Shown: positions 1 to 64,000 of the stretch, one piece after another | Position numbering within the stretch: position 1 is the stretch's first letter | How the letters are laid out: every line of letters begins with the position of its first letter | Source: Octopus bimaculoides | Lineage: Eukaryota | Assembly (NCBI RefSeq): GCF_001194135.2 | Contig: NC_068984.1 | Coordinates: 104,088,044-104,152,043, forward strand | Length of the DNA stretch: 64,000 nt | Reading direction: 5' to 3' | Notes under the pieces: generated by a model | Told to the model about the DNA's origin: nothing | Seen by the model: only the letters and a program-made list of their open reading frames with translations | Databases searched by the model: none | Program-made: the position numbers and the translations under genes

Positions 1-379
1 ATCACTGTATTTCTTATATATTAAGTAAGTCATTTCCCAAATGGTATTGACTTTTTGTACTTTCTGTTAACTAGTACTTTGATTTTTTTTCATAACTTTG
101 ACATAATGAACTTGGCTTTTCTTCTCAGTTTAGTACATTTTCTTTAGTTGTAGTGATATATAAAGGTTTCCAAAAATAGCACTGAACTCCTGTTACAGTA
201 TATCAAGTATTACAGAGAAAAATGACAGGTGCAAAGCTTTGCAGTATGCTTACCTGTTCATTAAATTTATTATTGAACCCATTGCTGGTCTCATGAGTCA
301 TTCATCTGCATTTAACCTTTTTATTACTTTATCATAGATTATCATTTGTGCACTTATCAAAAAAGTGAAATGGCATTGC

Positions 380-497
380 ATACTTGATTTCACCTCCATT
401 GCCAGAGGGTAAGTGCCAGTCCAATACTGGGGTCAATGTAATTGACTTTCCCTCCCCTTAAAAACTGTTGGCCCTGTGTCAGAACTTTAAACCATTA
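380..497 (+). mobile_element. SINE family A, 3' part
   Basis: actggggtcaatgtaattgact...aaaccattat matches the 3' part of the 3.5-6.9 kb copies. Confidence 0.6.
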
Positions 498-894
498 TCT
501 TACTATTGGTTAACTACATCTTCAGGTATTCTGTACAGTTTTAAACTATAAAAATAACGAGAATAATTATTATTTGCTCTTTCACAATACTTCAAAAAAC
601 CTAAATATGTTCCATCTATCTCTGTTACATGCAATTTCATTATTTAAGAGAATGAATAGTTTTATCCCTCTGTTATCTTACTTACTTCAGCCTGTGTAGC
701 TCCCTAAGGGAGTAGGCTTTATTTTATTCATACTCTGTATCCTTGTGATAGAGTCATGTATCTTTCTAAAATGAGATGCATCTCTATCATTCTTCAATAA
801 CACCATGAAATATTCAGACATTCTTATTTCATTATTTGCAACAAATCAGTTCTCTTATTCTCTCAAAGTGAACAGATGTTGGTAATCAATGGGT

Positions 895-1060
895 GTCACT
901 GTGGCTGTGTCATTAAGACATTCATTTCATAACTGTGATTTCAGGCTTGATTCTATTGCAAAACTTCTTGTGCAAGGGTCTTCTGCCATAGCCTTAGGTT
1001 GACTGAAGTTTTACAGGGGAAGTTTTAGCAGATGGAAACTGTGTGGAAATTTATTGGATG
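895..1060 (+). mobile_element. Diverged SINE family B head
   Basis: gtggctgtgt...gtcttctgccatagcc...gcagatggaaactg. Confidence 0.5.
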
Positions 1061-1584
1061 GGCTATGTCTGTTCTTGGAAGGTAGAGTTAATCCATTGAC
1101 TAGTTTAACACTACCACCTGGTTCGTAGGTGCCTTTACCAGAGCTTGTTGTGTTGCAAGTATTAGGTCAGGTCTCAGAGCAGAGAATAACTTCATCCCTT
1201 CCATCTCAGAGAACTCCAAATGAGTCATGCACATTGCTCTTTCTCCCCTCACTTCATCTGTTCAGTGAACATCCCATTTTTCCCTGCTAGCATAGGTTGA
1301 TTAGGATGTATTTAGGACAGAATTTTACAGCTAGATGCACTTCCTCTTGCCAAGCCATACCTGTTTTACAGGTAAAGAGTTTCTTATTCCATGGATTTTC
1401 AAAAACACAACAGTTGGTCATAATATCAACAAAGGATGTAAACATATCACTGTCTCACCAAGTAAACTTGTGGAATGTTATCATTCATGCACATGCCACA
1501 AAGTCACATACATACAAATACACATATACAGCAGGCTTCCTTTAGTTTCCCCTCTATCAATTTCATTTACAAGGCATTGGTTAG

Positions 1585-1668
1585 CTTGAGACTCATAGAA
1601 GACACTTGCCATGCAGTGGGACTGAATCTGTAACCACATGGTTGTAAATTTCTTAACCACACAGGCCT
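1585..1668 (-). mobile_element. Diverged SINE family B head
   Basis: Reverse complement gtgtggttaag...cagtcccactgcatggcaagtgtcttcta. Confidence 0.55.
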
Positions 1669-2702
1669 CACTTTTTAGTTAGAACTGATACCAAGTGTTT
1701 AGCCTAGCTTCTACATATTGTTACCAGTTGTTCACTTTTTTTCTAACCTTCCAAGGTCATCTTTTCTGCTTAAGAACTCTGCAAAATTTATCCTAGCTTG
1801 CTGTTCAATTACACCTAAGAAGATTTAATTTTGATTCTATGAAAATAACCTGGAATTTCTTCCCAGTATGGCAATACAATCATACAATTCACTCAACTTT
1901 CTGGGACTTCAGTGTTGAATACTCATGTCCATAAGTTTTCTTTTGGATTTAAATCCATTAGTTATTCTGGCCATTATGGCACTCAGATTTTCTGGCTTTT
2001 GACAAATTCCTAGACTATTCCTGTGATGTGTTTTGGATTGTTGTTACTTCTAGCAAATAGAAACCTAGTCTTCACCAAGATCTCTTCTTTTTCTGGTATA
2101 TGTTGGTGTAACCATGACATTGGCACCATCATGCTTAACTGTCACATTCATGTACTCTGTGTGACATCAGATGTACATTCAGCTGTCAAAATCAAAGATG
2201 TTAAATTTTGCCTCGTTTAGCCAATATGATTGACATCCATTTTTTATGCTCCCAAGCAACTGACAGCAAACATTTCAGTTTTTCTTTTTTTAAATTAGGT
2301 TGTTTTTTTTTTCTTTATACTCAACACTTCTCACAAACCAGAAATTACTTTAGTCAGTTTTAGCTGGAAGTAACATAATGTCAATGGTGTCACTTCCTGT
2401 TCTTCAGTTTCAAATGATAAATGCATTTTTCCATCCTTTCAGTTATTTTTCCTTGCTGCTTTGAATGAGGATGGTCAGAAGAGCCAGCCTTTAAACTAAG
2501 TGATGCCTTTCAGTATACTGGACAAACTAATGTAATTGATATCACTAACCTAAACATTTTTACATTGTTGAAAACTAAGATACAAGTTCAGAATATAACC
2601 AATTTGCAGTTTTTAGAAGCATATTCATCTATAAAATATGTTTAAATAGGAGATGTAAGTGAAACTGTTAAAGTACATTGTATACTTTTATTTTGATTGT
2701 AG

Positions 2703-54309
<51,607 letters not shown>

Positions 54310-54339
54310 TCCAGATTATCAACAAATGAATTCCAGCTC

Positions 54340-54345
54340 AATAAA
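54340..54345 (+). promoter_or_regulatory. Possible proximal polyadenylation signal AATAAA
   Basis: Hexamer 31 nt after the stop codon; common by chance in AT-rich DNA. Confidence 0.25.
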
Positions 54346-54897
54346 AGCAACAACATTCAGCTCTGTGACTCTGCAATATCTTCCTTAGCCTTCCCTGTCT
54401 ATTTCTATTTATGCTGGCTGCTACAGGTTTTTTTTTTCTTTTTAGGAGGCTAGATGAATGCTTCATGGTACATATACATGTATTGCAATAGCATTTACAT
54501 ATTAATGATTGTAAAAACTGTCACTCAATCAGTCACACACATCCAAACATACACCACCAAAAAATGTATGTTTACTTTGAAGCTGTTTCTTTAGTTTAAT
54601 AGTACAGACACACACTTTTCATACAAGCATATATATATACTAATGTACATTTATTCACTCATACAAATTGAAGTATGAATGTACATTGAAGATGTGACTC
54701 AAGTAAAAGATATTGAATTCTTGATAAGAATTCTGTTGTGACTAGCTTTTCTTTTCTTTTCTTTTTTTTAAGTCATTGAAGAAGTACATGAGAAAGCTAC
54801 TACATGATGTGCATTTGCACTTAAATGTCAAGTAAGTTTGAAGTGTGTGTACATATATATGTGAGTAAATGTGCCTGTGTATTTATACATACACAAG

Positions 54898-54937
<40 letters not shown>

Positions 54938-55209
54938 NNNNNNNNNNNNNNNNNNNNNNNNNNNNNNNNNNNNNNNNNNNNNNNNNNNNNNNNNNNNNNN
55001 NNNNNNNNNNNNNNNNNNNNNNNNNNNNNNNNNNNNNNNNNNNNNNNNNNNNNNNNNNNNNNNNNNNNNNNNNNNNNNNNNNNNNNNNNNNNNNNNNNNN
55101 NNNNNNNNNNNNNNNNNNNNNNNNNNNNNNNNNNNNNNNNNNNNNNNNNNNNNNNNNNNNNNNNNNNNNNNNNNNNNNNNNNNNNNNNNNNNNNNNNNNG
55201 ATGATGATG

Positions 55210-55252
<43 letters not shown>

Positions 55253-55379
55253 TTCTTCAGAAAGATTTCATATTTAACATTACTTCCTATAACATTTGTT
55301 TAAATTATTTTTCACTTTGGAGGGAATTTTGTTAAAGTTGCAACAGCATTTGATAAATATCATTTTCATTCTTATTTGA

Positions 55380-55421
<42 letters not shown>

Positions 55422-57563
55422 CACCATTTGTGTGCATTTGTATGTGAATGTGAACATTTAGATAAGCATGCACGCATAAGTGTATGCAAATGAATTTGTG
55501 ACTACAGGATTCTATGAACACATACATGCATATATGCACACACGCACATATACACATATGTATATGTCTGTGCTTGTGTGTATATTCATTTTTGTGTTGT
55601 GTGTGTGTAGTCACATGCATGCTGAGATGTTTTAGTCATGTATATATTAATATAAAAATGGTTTTCATACAAGCAGTCAGACACATCCACTCACTGTATT
55701 TTCATCAAATTTATCAACAAAATTTTACTTATATTACTAGAACAGACCTCAGTATTGTTTTTGTAATGGATGTTGTTTGTGCATTTATGTGCACATTTCA
55801 ATCTCACAAAGAAAATTTAAAAAAAAGTTGCAATATATACATTTGACAAAAATATACTTGCAACTAATTTTACTGTGCAATATATAAATGTATCTATAAA
55901 AATATGTCTATGTGCATATATGTGTGCATGCATGTACATATGTATGTGTATGTCTATATACATTAATACGTATGTCTATAGATTATTTCCAGAAATAATG
56001 CTGCTGTATAAGTGATTAAAAATTATTTACTCAAATACGCAAAAGAAAAGGAAAAAAGAAACTTTAGAATTAACCCATAAACAAACTTTCCATACACTGC
56101 TGCAGTGTATGTTCTTTTGCATCTGTATCAGATGCATTTTTCCCTAAAGTACCATTAACCAGTGAAAGTTTTTTTTAAAAGGGACAAGTATTTTGTGTTT
56201 GGGAATGGGAGGGAGCAACTAAAACCAAACTGCATAAAATTACTATTATGATTTCTTTTTATTTCTTAATAATGTATATTTCATCTTCACATATTAAATA
56301 TATTCATACATTTTTAAGATCTTATGACAGCTTCAGAAATTGCAAGATCACACTATAAAAGCTGTCCATCTCTACATAAAGAAATATGAGTCCTCTCATT
56401 ATTGTTTGTTCCGCTGCCAGTTCATTACAGTTCAGTCAATCATGTTAAGAAATCAACCACTTGCTGTACAAGCTATAAAAAACAGTATCAATATAAACTG
56501 CAGCTCTGTTCTGTTGCCCTCTTTAACAATATTAGTCTTAATTGTAAGGAATTAAATTTTTTTTAAATGTTATCCTCTGTAGATATCGTTTAATTTTCTT
56601 TTTATGAATGTTTGAGATGATTGATATGTACTTTTTAACTATATCCTTATTTTGGATGTTGAGTCAATATTTGATAATGTTATATTTTTCAATTTATTTA
56701 TCCCTGTTCATTTGACTTGAATTAATATCTTTTAATTTTACAATAATGACAATCTGTCTTAAATTTTCTCTCAGTACCAACGCCACACAATCTGAACATT
56801 ATAGCTGCTTCTATTCTAAAATAGTGTGTGTGTGTATGTGTTTGTGCATGCATGCGCATTCTATTTTATATGTGTTTTGTTGTATCAGCAAAAGTCAGTG
56901 TGCATGTATAAATGTGTCTATGTATTTGTATATACAAGCATGCATAAATATATATATACATATACACACATTTATGTGTGTGTGTGTGTGTGTGAGTAGA
57001 GTTGTGTATTGCATCTATCCTCTCTGAATTTATGACTGCTTATGGCAGCTAATATTTTGGTTTATTCTATAGTTTTTGCAGGGTTTTTTTTCTTCCTCTT
57101 ATATTTTCGTCCTTAGCATTCCTTTGTAATTTTTATGAGTTACACTTCTTTTTTTTTTTGCTTAGGACATTCTGGTCTTTTTGTTTACATAGTTATAAAG
57201 AATCTCAGCATTATTTGAAATAATCAGTGTTTTTGTAATATATCATTTCGACAAAATCAAAGTTTTTATTTTATTACATGTTGCATCAGTATTACTTCCA
57301 TACCTGTTGACTAATTAATTAGTTACCTGAAAAGTTTCTAATCATACAAGACATTTTACCTATGTAAATATACATATCATTAAGTGATGATTTGAATTTC
57401 ATTTAAAACCCTTGATAATGTTGAATATTTACATGCTCTCATTGGTGATTTATAGCACCTGAATAGCTAACAAAACATTTCAACAACAGTTGTTGATGCT
57501 GTTAAACTGCTCAAATGAGAGTTGAAGTGTTTAGAAATCTGCATTGCTAAGAAATGGAAATTT

Positions 57564-57617
<54 letters not shown>

Positions 57618-58200
57618 TGCACACACGCACACAAACACACATCTAAATAGCTAACAGAAAGACACCATTCCTATCATTTTCTTTCTTTTTTTTTTTTTTT
57701 TACTATTATTCACAATAAAAATGGGTTTGTTTTACTCCCAACAGATACTAAAAGAAAATAAGCCACAAAAAAGACAATTTTTTGTTATCTTTTCAATCCT
57801 AATATTGATAAACTAGTTCTTTAAAAAATGTTTATGAAATGTAGAGTTTCAAATAAATATTTTACCCACTTCTACTTGTGTGGTGCATTTGCCTTGTAGG
57901 CTTAGCCAACTCCTTCAGATGAACCTGCAATCCAAACAACTATCATCTATTGTTGTCTATAACCAATCTGAATTCCAACAGTATTTGAGAGCAACTAATT
58001 TTGAAAAGTATTAAACTTTTAAGTTTAAGATGGTTAGAGATAGATAGGAAATAATTTTACTGATATGATTAAAAATTATACTCTATATATTGATTTTTCA
58101 GATAGTTGATCATAGTAGACAGAGCAGGAATGATTGTATTGTAATATAAAAGACAAGGTAGAACTAAAGAATGTAAGAGTACTTATTAGTTTATGGTTTA

Positions 58201-58217
58201 TACAGGGTGTCCCAGAA
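58201..58217 (+). mobile_element. Solo Tc1/mariner-type terminus TA-CAGGGTGTCCCAGAA
   Basis: Resembles the TIR at 46255-46272; partner end not found. Confidence 0.35.
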
Positions 58218-58852
58218 TTAACTATCTATTTCAATGAAATTGGGCAAATCTTTAAAAAACTGACAGAATTTCATGTTTATTATTTAATTATGACACTAAA
58301 ACAAATAGATTTATAAATCTTATATGAAAACAGGTTTAGCTCCATCCTAGAAATGGAGGTAGAGAAAATGATTGCAGTCAAATTGAAAAAAATCTGTCAT
58401 GGACAGATAAGCAGGATCCAATAGGAATGAAAATAAAATTATAGAAAAATTATAAAAATTTATCATCAAAATTAAAACTTTATACACTTTTAATGCATAT
58501 TCAAACATGATAAATATAAATACATATGATTTTTTAAAAGAATTGTCCAATTTCACTGAAATAGATGGTTGTTCTTGGATAAGCTGTATATCCTTTTTAT
58601 TACTCATATATAAACTCTGAGGCTGGAATATAAAAGTTAAATAACCTTCAAACTAAAGGATGTTTAAAGTAATTTTTTTATAAATTTAGTTTTACAAGCT
58701 GTTAGGGTGTACTTTTTTTCCTTAGCTGTATTGAAACTGAAGTCAAACCTTCAATTTCTAAAGACTTATTCTAAAGGTAGCCTACAGATTTAAAGATTTC
58801 AAAGTTTTACTATTACTGAATATTGTATAATATATATATATATATATATATA

Positions 58853-59633
58853 NNNNNNNNNNNNNNNNNNNNNNNNNNNNNNNNNNNNNNNNNNNNNNNN
58901 NNNNNNNNNNNNNNNNNNNNNNNNNNNNNNNNNNNNNNNNNNNNNNNNNNNNNNNNNNNNNNNNNNNNNNNNNNNNNNNNNNNNNNNNNNNNNNNNNNNN
59001 NNNNNNNNNNNNNNNNNNNNNNNNNNNNNNNNNNNNNNNNNNNNNNNNNNNNNNNNNNNNNNNNNNNNNNNNNNNNNNNNNNNNNNNNNNNNNNNNNNNN
59101 NNNNNNNNNNNNNNNNNNNNNNNNNNNNNNNNNNNNNNNNNNNNNNNNNNNNNNNNNNNNNNNNNNNNNNNNNNNNNNNNNNNNNNNNNNNNNNNNNNNN
59201 NNNNNNNNNNNNNNNNNNNNNNNNNNNNNNNNNNNNNNNNNNNNNNNNNNNNNNNNNNNNNNNNNNNNNNNNNNNNNNNNNNNNNNNNNNNNNNNNNNNN
59301 NNNNNNNNNNNNNNNNNNNNNNNNNNNNNNNNNNNNNNNNNNNNNNNNNNNNNNNNNNNNNNNNNNNNNNNNNNNNNNNNNNNNNNNNNNNNNNNNNNNN
59401 NNNNNNNNNNNNNNNNNNNNNNNNNNNNNNNNNNNNNNNNNNNNNNNNNNNNNNNNNNNNNNNNNNNNNNNNNNNNNNNNNNNNNNNNNNNNNNNNNNNN
59501 NNNNNNNNNNNNNNNNNNNNNNNNNNNNNNNNNNNNNNNNNNNNNNNNNNNNNNNNNNNNNNNNNNNNNNNNNNNNNNNNNNNNNNNNNNNNNNNNNNNN
59601 NNNNNNNNNNNNNNNNNNNNNNNNNNNNNNNNN
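58853..59633. other. Largest assembly gap; other N runs near 15563, 21645, 23593, 25388, 38449 and 54938
   Basis: N runs, mostly flanked by (TA)n. Confidence 0.99.
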
Positions 59634-61584
59634 TAATTACTAGGTCATATAATGTTCTTTTCATTGGATTTTGTCAATATCTCCAGGAATATCGAAGAAT
59701 GTTGCACCTCAGAAATAAGTAAAAGTTTGAGTAATTCAAAATAATATTTTACTCTAAAATGAAGCTTGTTCTCTTTGATACTGATATAGAACAGTCAGTA
59801 CTCTGTATCCTTGTATACACACACTATGAGAATTTTACTTAGGTGAAGAAAATTAATGTAATGTTGAGCTGGCTATGGGAAAAAAGAATATCCTTGTCTT
59901 TTTTTTTTTTTTTGGTTTTTCTTTTTGGTTTTTTTTTTCAGTATTGTGCGGTTAAAGTTTTTGAAATCTCCTTATCAGTATTTTTGAAGTTTGAAGGAAG
60001 TTCTACAACAAGGTGAAATGGATTATAAAATTTAAAGATGCTTGGGGAAAAATGAAGAAATATATGGATGAAAAGATCGAGGTGTAATGCAACTATGTTG
60101 CTGATTTGAGGTTTAGGTTTGATATTCTATATGATTATAGAATAACTACAGAAGAACTTACCTTATCAGTTTGGTGGTGGGGGTGGAGGGTGAGATTTGC
60201 TATCTGGTTGCAAATAAATGGCATCTAATCCTCAATTATGTCTCTCTCCCCCTCCCCTGCTTATTAATGATTGACAATTATTCGGTTTAAAAAAGAAGTT
60301 CGAGTTTTTTTGGGGTTTTTTTTTTTTTCAATATTTGTCTTTATGTTATGAAAGCATAAATATATTTTTCTTTATTATCATTTACTAATTCTGATGTTGT
60401 AGCAAACTTGTCCAAGTCTACCTATGTTGAGTCTTCAGCTTTGACTGTATATATTGTTTACAAAAATGAGAGGAAAAAAAATCTATTGGGGCAAGAATCA
60501 GATTTGGTCAATGCATCATCTTCTTTACCTTCCTTAACCATTTTTTATAAACTTACTTGCCTAACTTTGACATTTACAATATTAAACTGAAAATATCTGC
60601 ACACTTTCTGCATTTCTGGACTTTTTTTTTTATTATTTACCATATCAGAATATTTGATGAAATTATTGAAAGTCTTGATTCAAATTTCTAACTACATAAG
60701 AAAAGTAATTCAAATTATCTTAGTACAACAAAGATGACCATGGCACCACACAACAATATTAATTCTTATGTTGTTAATCTTGTTTTGCTTCATAATTTGA
60801 TTGCTCAGAAAATGCTTAGCTAGTTATTTAATTTCAGAACAAAGAAGAGAGAAAAAATTATACAGTTTATCATATAAAATAATTTCTATATATATGACCA
60901 TATTAAGATAAGCAGATGGAAAAAAAATTTTCATTAATATACCTCCTGTTACAAGTTTGCATTTATTTCACTATTATTCTATATTCCAATAATTTGATCG
61001 TCTTCAGTTAATTTCAAGCATTAAAACACTTATACTGGATCATTGAGAAACTTTTATATTTTTTTTTTCTTGGTCATTTTTAATTTGAAAGTAAATAGGC
61101 ATGTGACTTTAAAAAGCTGATGATTATATGTTGAGGGTTGCCAAATTTCTTTTCTGACATTACACAATTGAAATATTTCATAAGCAAAGATTTGATTCTA
61201 ATTAATTATAATTATACATACAATTTAAATGATTGCTGTCCAGCAATATATGCTGTATCAGTTTCGTCTTTTGGTAAAAAAACCCAATGAAATTCATGGA
61301 GAAACATAAAATATTTAAACACCTGCTTTCAATCTGTTTAAATTTCCTATTCATAATTATTCCAAGAATATTTATGGTGTGCACTTCTACATCAACAGTA
61401 ATGGAATCTGAAAACTTGCTAAACTCATAACTACATCCCAATATACAATATGGTTTAGAATTTAGTTACGTGTGTATGTGTGTGCGTGTATGCATACTCA
61501 GTTAACTTCTGAAGATTATGCCGGTAGTTTAGTGCTGATATGTATTGCTATATATTAGTAACAAACTTTACTTCATAATGTTCA

Positions 61585-61757
61585 CTTCTACTCTAGGCAC
61601 AAGGCCCAAAATTTGGTGGTACTTAGTTTATCAACCCTGAAAGGATGAAAGGCAAAGTTGAACTCGGCAGAATTTGAACTCAGAACATAAAGACAGACAA
61701 AATTACTGCTAAGCCTTTTGCCCAGCGTGCTAACTTTTCTGCCAGCTCGCCGCCTTT
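61585..61757 (-). mobile_element. SINE family A copy
   Basis: Reverse complement of the family A head and core. Confidence 0.8.
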
Positions 61758-61912
61758 TTACTTCATAATGTTATAATTATTATGATTGTGAAAGTACACT
61801 TGTTTCTTTTCAAGGATTTTTACAAATGCTGCACCTTCATAAACAGCTCACTGTCTAGTGTTCTCTATATGTGAGTATATATAGATAGTAGATAAGTAGG
61901 TAAATTTATTTA

Positions 61913-61959
<47 letters not shown>

Positions 61960-61960
<1 letters not shown>

Positions 61961-62365
61961 CATCATCATCATCATTGTTTTAATATCTAATTATCCATGC
62001 TTGCATGAGTCAGACAGAATTTGTTGATGCAGATTTTCTATAGCCCAATGCCCTTCGTGTCATCAACCTTCACTTGTTTCAAAGCAAGGTAATATTTTCC
62101 TTGGCCAGACATGTTTTTCACAGAAAACGAAACAAACAACATCACTTGTATGTTGATGATGCTCATTTAAAACCAACACATGACAAGGGTACACACAAAC
62201 ACCTTCATAACAGGCTTCTTTCAGTTTCTACCAAATCCACTCACAAGGCTCTAGTTGGCCCAAGACTAGAGTAAAAGACACTGGGCCAAGGTGCTGCACT
62301 GTGAGACTGAACCTGCAAACCTGAACTGGGAAGAAATCTTCTCAACTACACCTGCATGTATGCTG
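61960..62365 (-). mobile_element. SINE family B copy
   Basis: ttctttcagtttctaccaaatccactcacaaggct...gactgaacc, with a (CAT)n tail at the low end. Confidence 0.7.
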
Positions 62366-62448
62366 CACCTGTAAGGAGTATTTGAGGGCACTTAATTATC
62401 AGTATATTATTCTCTTCAAATCAATTAAAAGGTTTTTTATTATTTTAA

Positions 62449-62643
62449 CCCTTTCATTACTGTATTTATTTTGAGATGCTCTGTGTTTCTTTCAATTACT
62501 TTAAATATAACAAAGAATTTAATAAAATAACTTAGTTATCATTCAGCTAGTGTTAAGTGGAAGGTTTTAATTCAAAACTTATGAAAACAAGACATTTGTA
62601 CTGAGAGCCAGTGCCAGTTTCAGCCAGGTTGGTAACAAAAGGG
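62449..62643. mobile_element. piggyBac-like TTAA MITE, same family
   Basis: ttaa|CCCTTTCATTAC ... GGTAACAAAAGGG|ttaa. Confidence 0.7.
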
Positions 62644-62799
62644 TTAAAGGCATGTGTTGCACTCTGTGATGGGCATCCACCTGTAGATGGCATTGGGAAA
62701 GGCATCCACCTGTAGACCCCATGCCAGCTTGGAAAATAGACATTAAATGATGATGATGATGATGATTTCCCCTGTGGTAAATAAAATGCTAACACAAGA

Positions 62800-63690
62800 A
62801 ATGAAAAAATGCGAAGTTATTGTTGCCATATGTGAAAAACACGTATAGTGGAAGTGTTTCAACTACATCAAGGAGAAAAATATCGCTTTACATGTTCAAG
62901 CACTATACGAACACTGAAATTCATCTTACAGGGTCAAAGCATTATCAATGTTCTCAGAAAATCAATGAGGGCCTTCACCAAGTATTTTAGGTATCAGAGT
63001 AGGCTAACAGAACCGCAATTGTACTGAGGAGAGGCCAATTTATGTCTGCAAAGACACATGAAAATTGTTTTGATCCATACCAAGCAATCACTTAACCCTC
63101 AAATATGGCATGCTTTGGTTCTTCTGTGATGAGATCTAACAGTAGAAATGGCAGATGGTAATGTACATATCCTGATGTCTTCAGAGTGATGTACACTAAG
63201 TTCCCAGCAACTGTGATGGTTTTAGGAGTGGTAAGTAATGAAGGTCATGTCATGCCACCTCAGGTCTTTCTATAGGGATTAAAGTTAAAGCTGCTAGAGA
63301 CGGTTGTTAAACCCTGAAGGGATGAAATACTGAGTAGAAGGTCATACATGTCTCAGGAAGATTCAACCTTTCAATGAATATTAGACAATCTTAATGATCG
63401 TGTAACACCGAACTTGTTGCCTCCAAACTCGCCAGATTTAAATCCCATGGATTACTACATTTAGAACACTGTTGAGAGGGAGACTAATCAACATCCTCAC
63501 AATACTATAGCATCACTAAAGGCTGCCATCATCCAGGTGATGTTTGAAATGAATAAGAGTCATTTAGTGTAAGCATGTCAACAATTACAGTCCTACATTG
63601 AAGCAATCATCGAAGCTGAAGACAGATTCACAAAATAATCTTTTAAGAAAACTTATCAAAGAACATGTGCACAAACTTTTATTAAATACA
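62800..63690 (+). mobile_element. Second DDxD (maT-like) transposase relic
   Basis: KFPATVMVLGVVSNEGHVMPP and PPNSPDLNPMDYY...LKAAI. Confidence 0.8.
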
Positions 63691-63762
63691 CTATTTTTGG
63701 TAGATTAGTCCTCAGATATCTCTCACACCCTCTCTTGTGTGTGTACATACATACATAAGCAT

Positions 63763-63794
<32 letters not shown>

Positions 63795-63849
63795 TTCTTT
63801 ATTGCCCACAAGGGTCTAAACACAGAGGGGGGAAAACAAGGACACACAA

Positions 63850-64000
63850 AGGGATTAAGTCAACTACATCGACCCCAGTGCATAACTGGTACTTTATTTA
63901 TCGACCCCGAAAGGATGAAAGGCAAAGTCAACCTCGGCGGAATTTGAACTCAGAATGTAACGGCAATCGAAATACTGCTAAGCATTTCGCCCGGCGCACT
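63850..64000 (-). mobile_element. SINE family A copy, CpG-rich (young-looking), runs off the window
   Basis: tcgaccccgaaaggatgaaaggcaaagtcaacctcggcggaatttgaactcagaa. Confidence 0.85.

Noticed and set aside
2650-2654. Possible 5-nt microexon (tag|GAGAT|gtaagt)
   Set aside because: It would break the phase needed by the next exon and leave only a 48-nt intron.
1-2702. First SH2 exon (W.H...FLVR.S motif)
   Set aside because: Not found in any frame I could read; probably upstream of the window.
57900-58015. Short open frame after a plus-strand AG (LSQLLQMNLQ...FEKY*) as an alternative last exon
   Set aside because: No homology recognised, it lies downstream of the SAM stop codon, and its length is compatible with chance.

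Overview
AT-rich, microsatellite-dense eukaryotic DNA with many N gaps. The repeat content suggests an octopus or other coleoid cephalopod (inference). The window is dominated by one + strand gene, a SHIP2/INPPL1-like inositol polyphosphate 5-phosphatase. I reconstructed 24 GT-AG exons by hand (2703-54309). All splice phases are compatible and give 3244 nt: 1 nt finishing an upstream codon, 1080 codons and TGA. Domain order is partial SH2, PH-like, 5-phosphatase, C2, Pro/Tyr-rich tail and SAM. The first SH2 exon was not found and presumably lies upstream. Introns and the downstream region hold tRNA-derived SINEs (including a nine-copy same-strand cluster), RTE and CR1-like LINE fragments, mariner, DD37D and Tigger-like relics, TTAA MITEs and a deleted Gypsy element. 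Best second-look items: a core-intact minimal hammerhead ribozyme antisense in the last intron, with degenerate relatives elsewhere; an in-frame alternative acceptor that would toggle a Tyr motif; an NPxY-less SHIP tail; the SINE cluster; and an inverted MITE pair. I found no convincing wholly new multi-gene system. Repeat boundaries are approximate and everything was read by eye.
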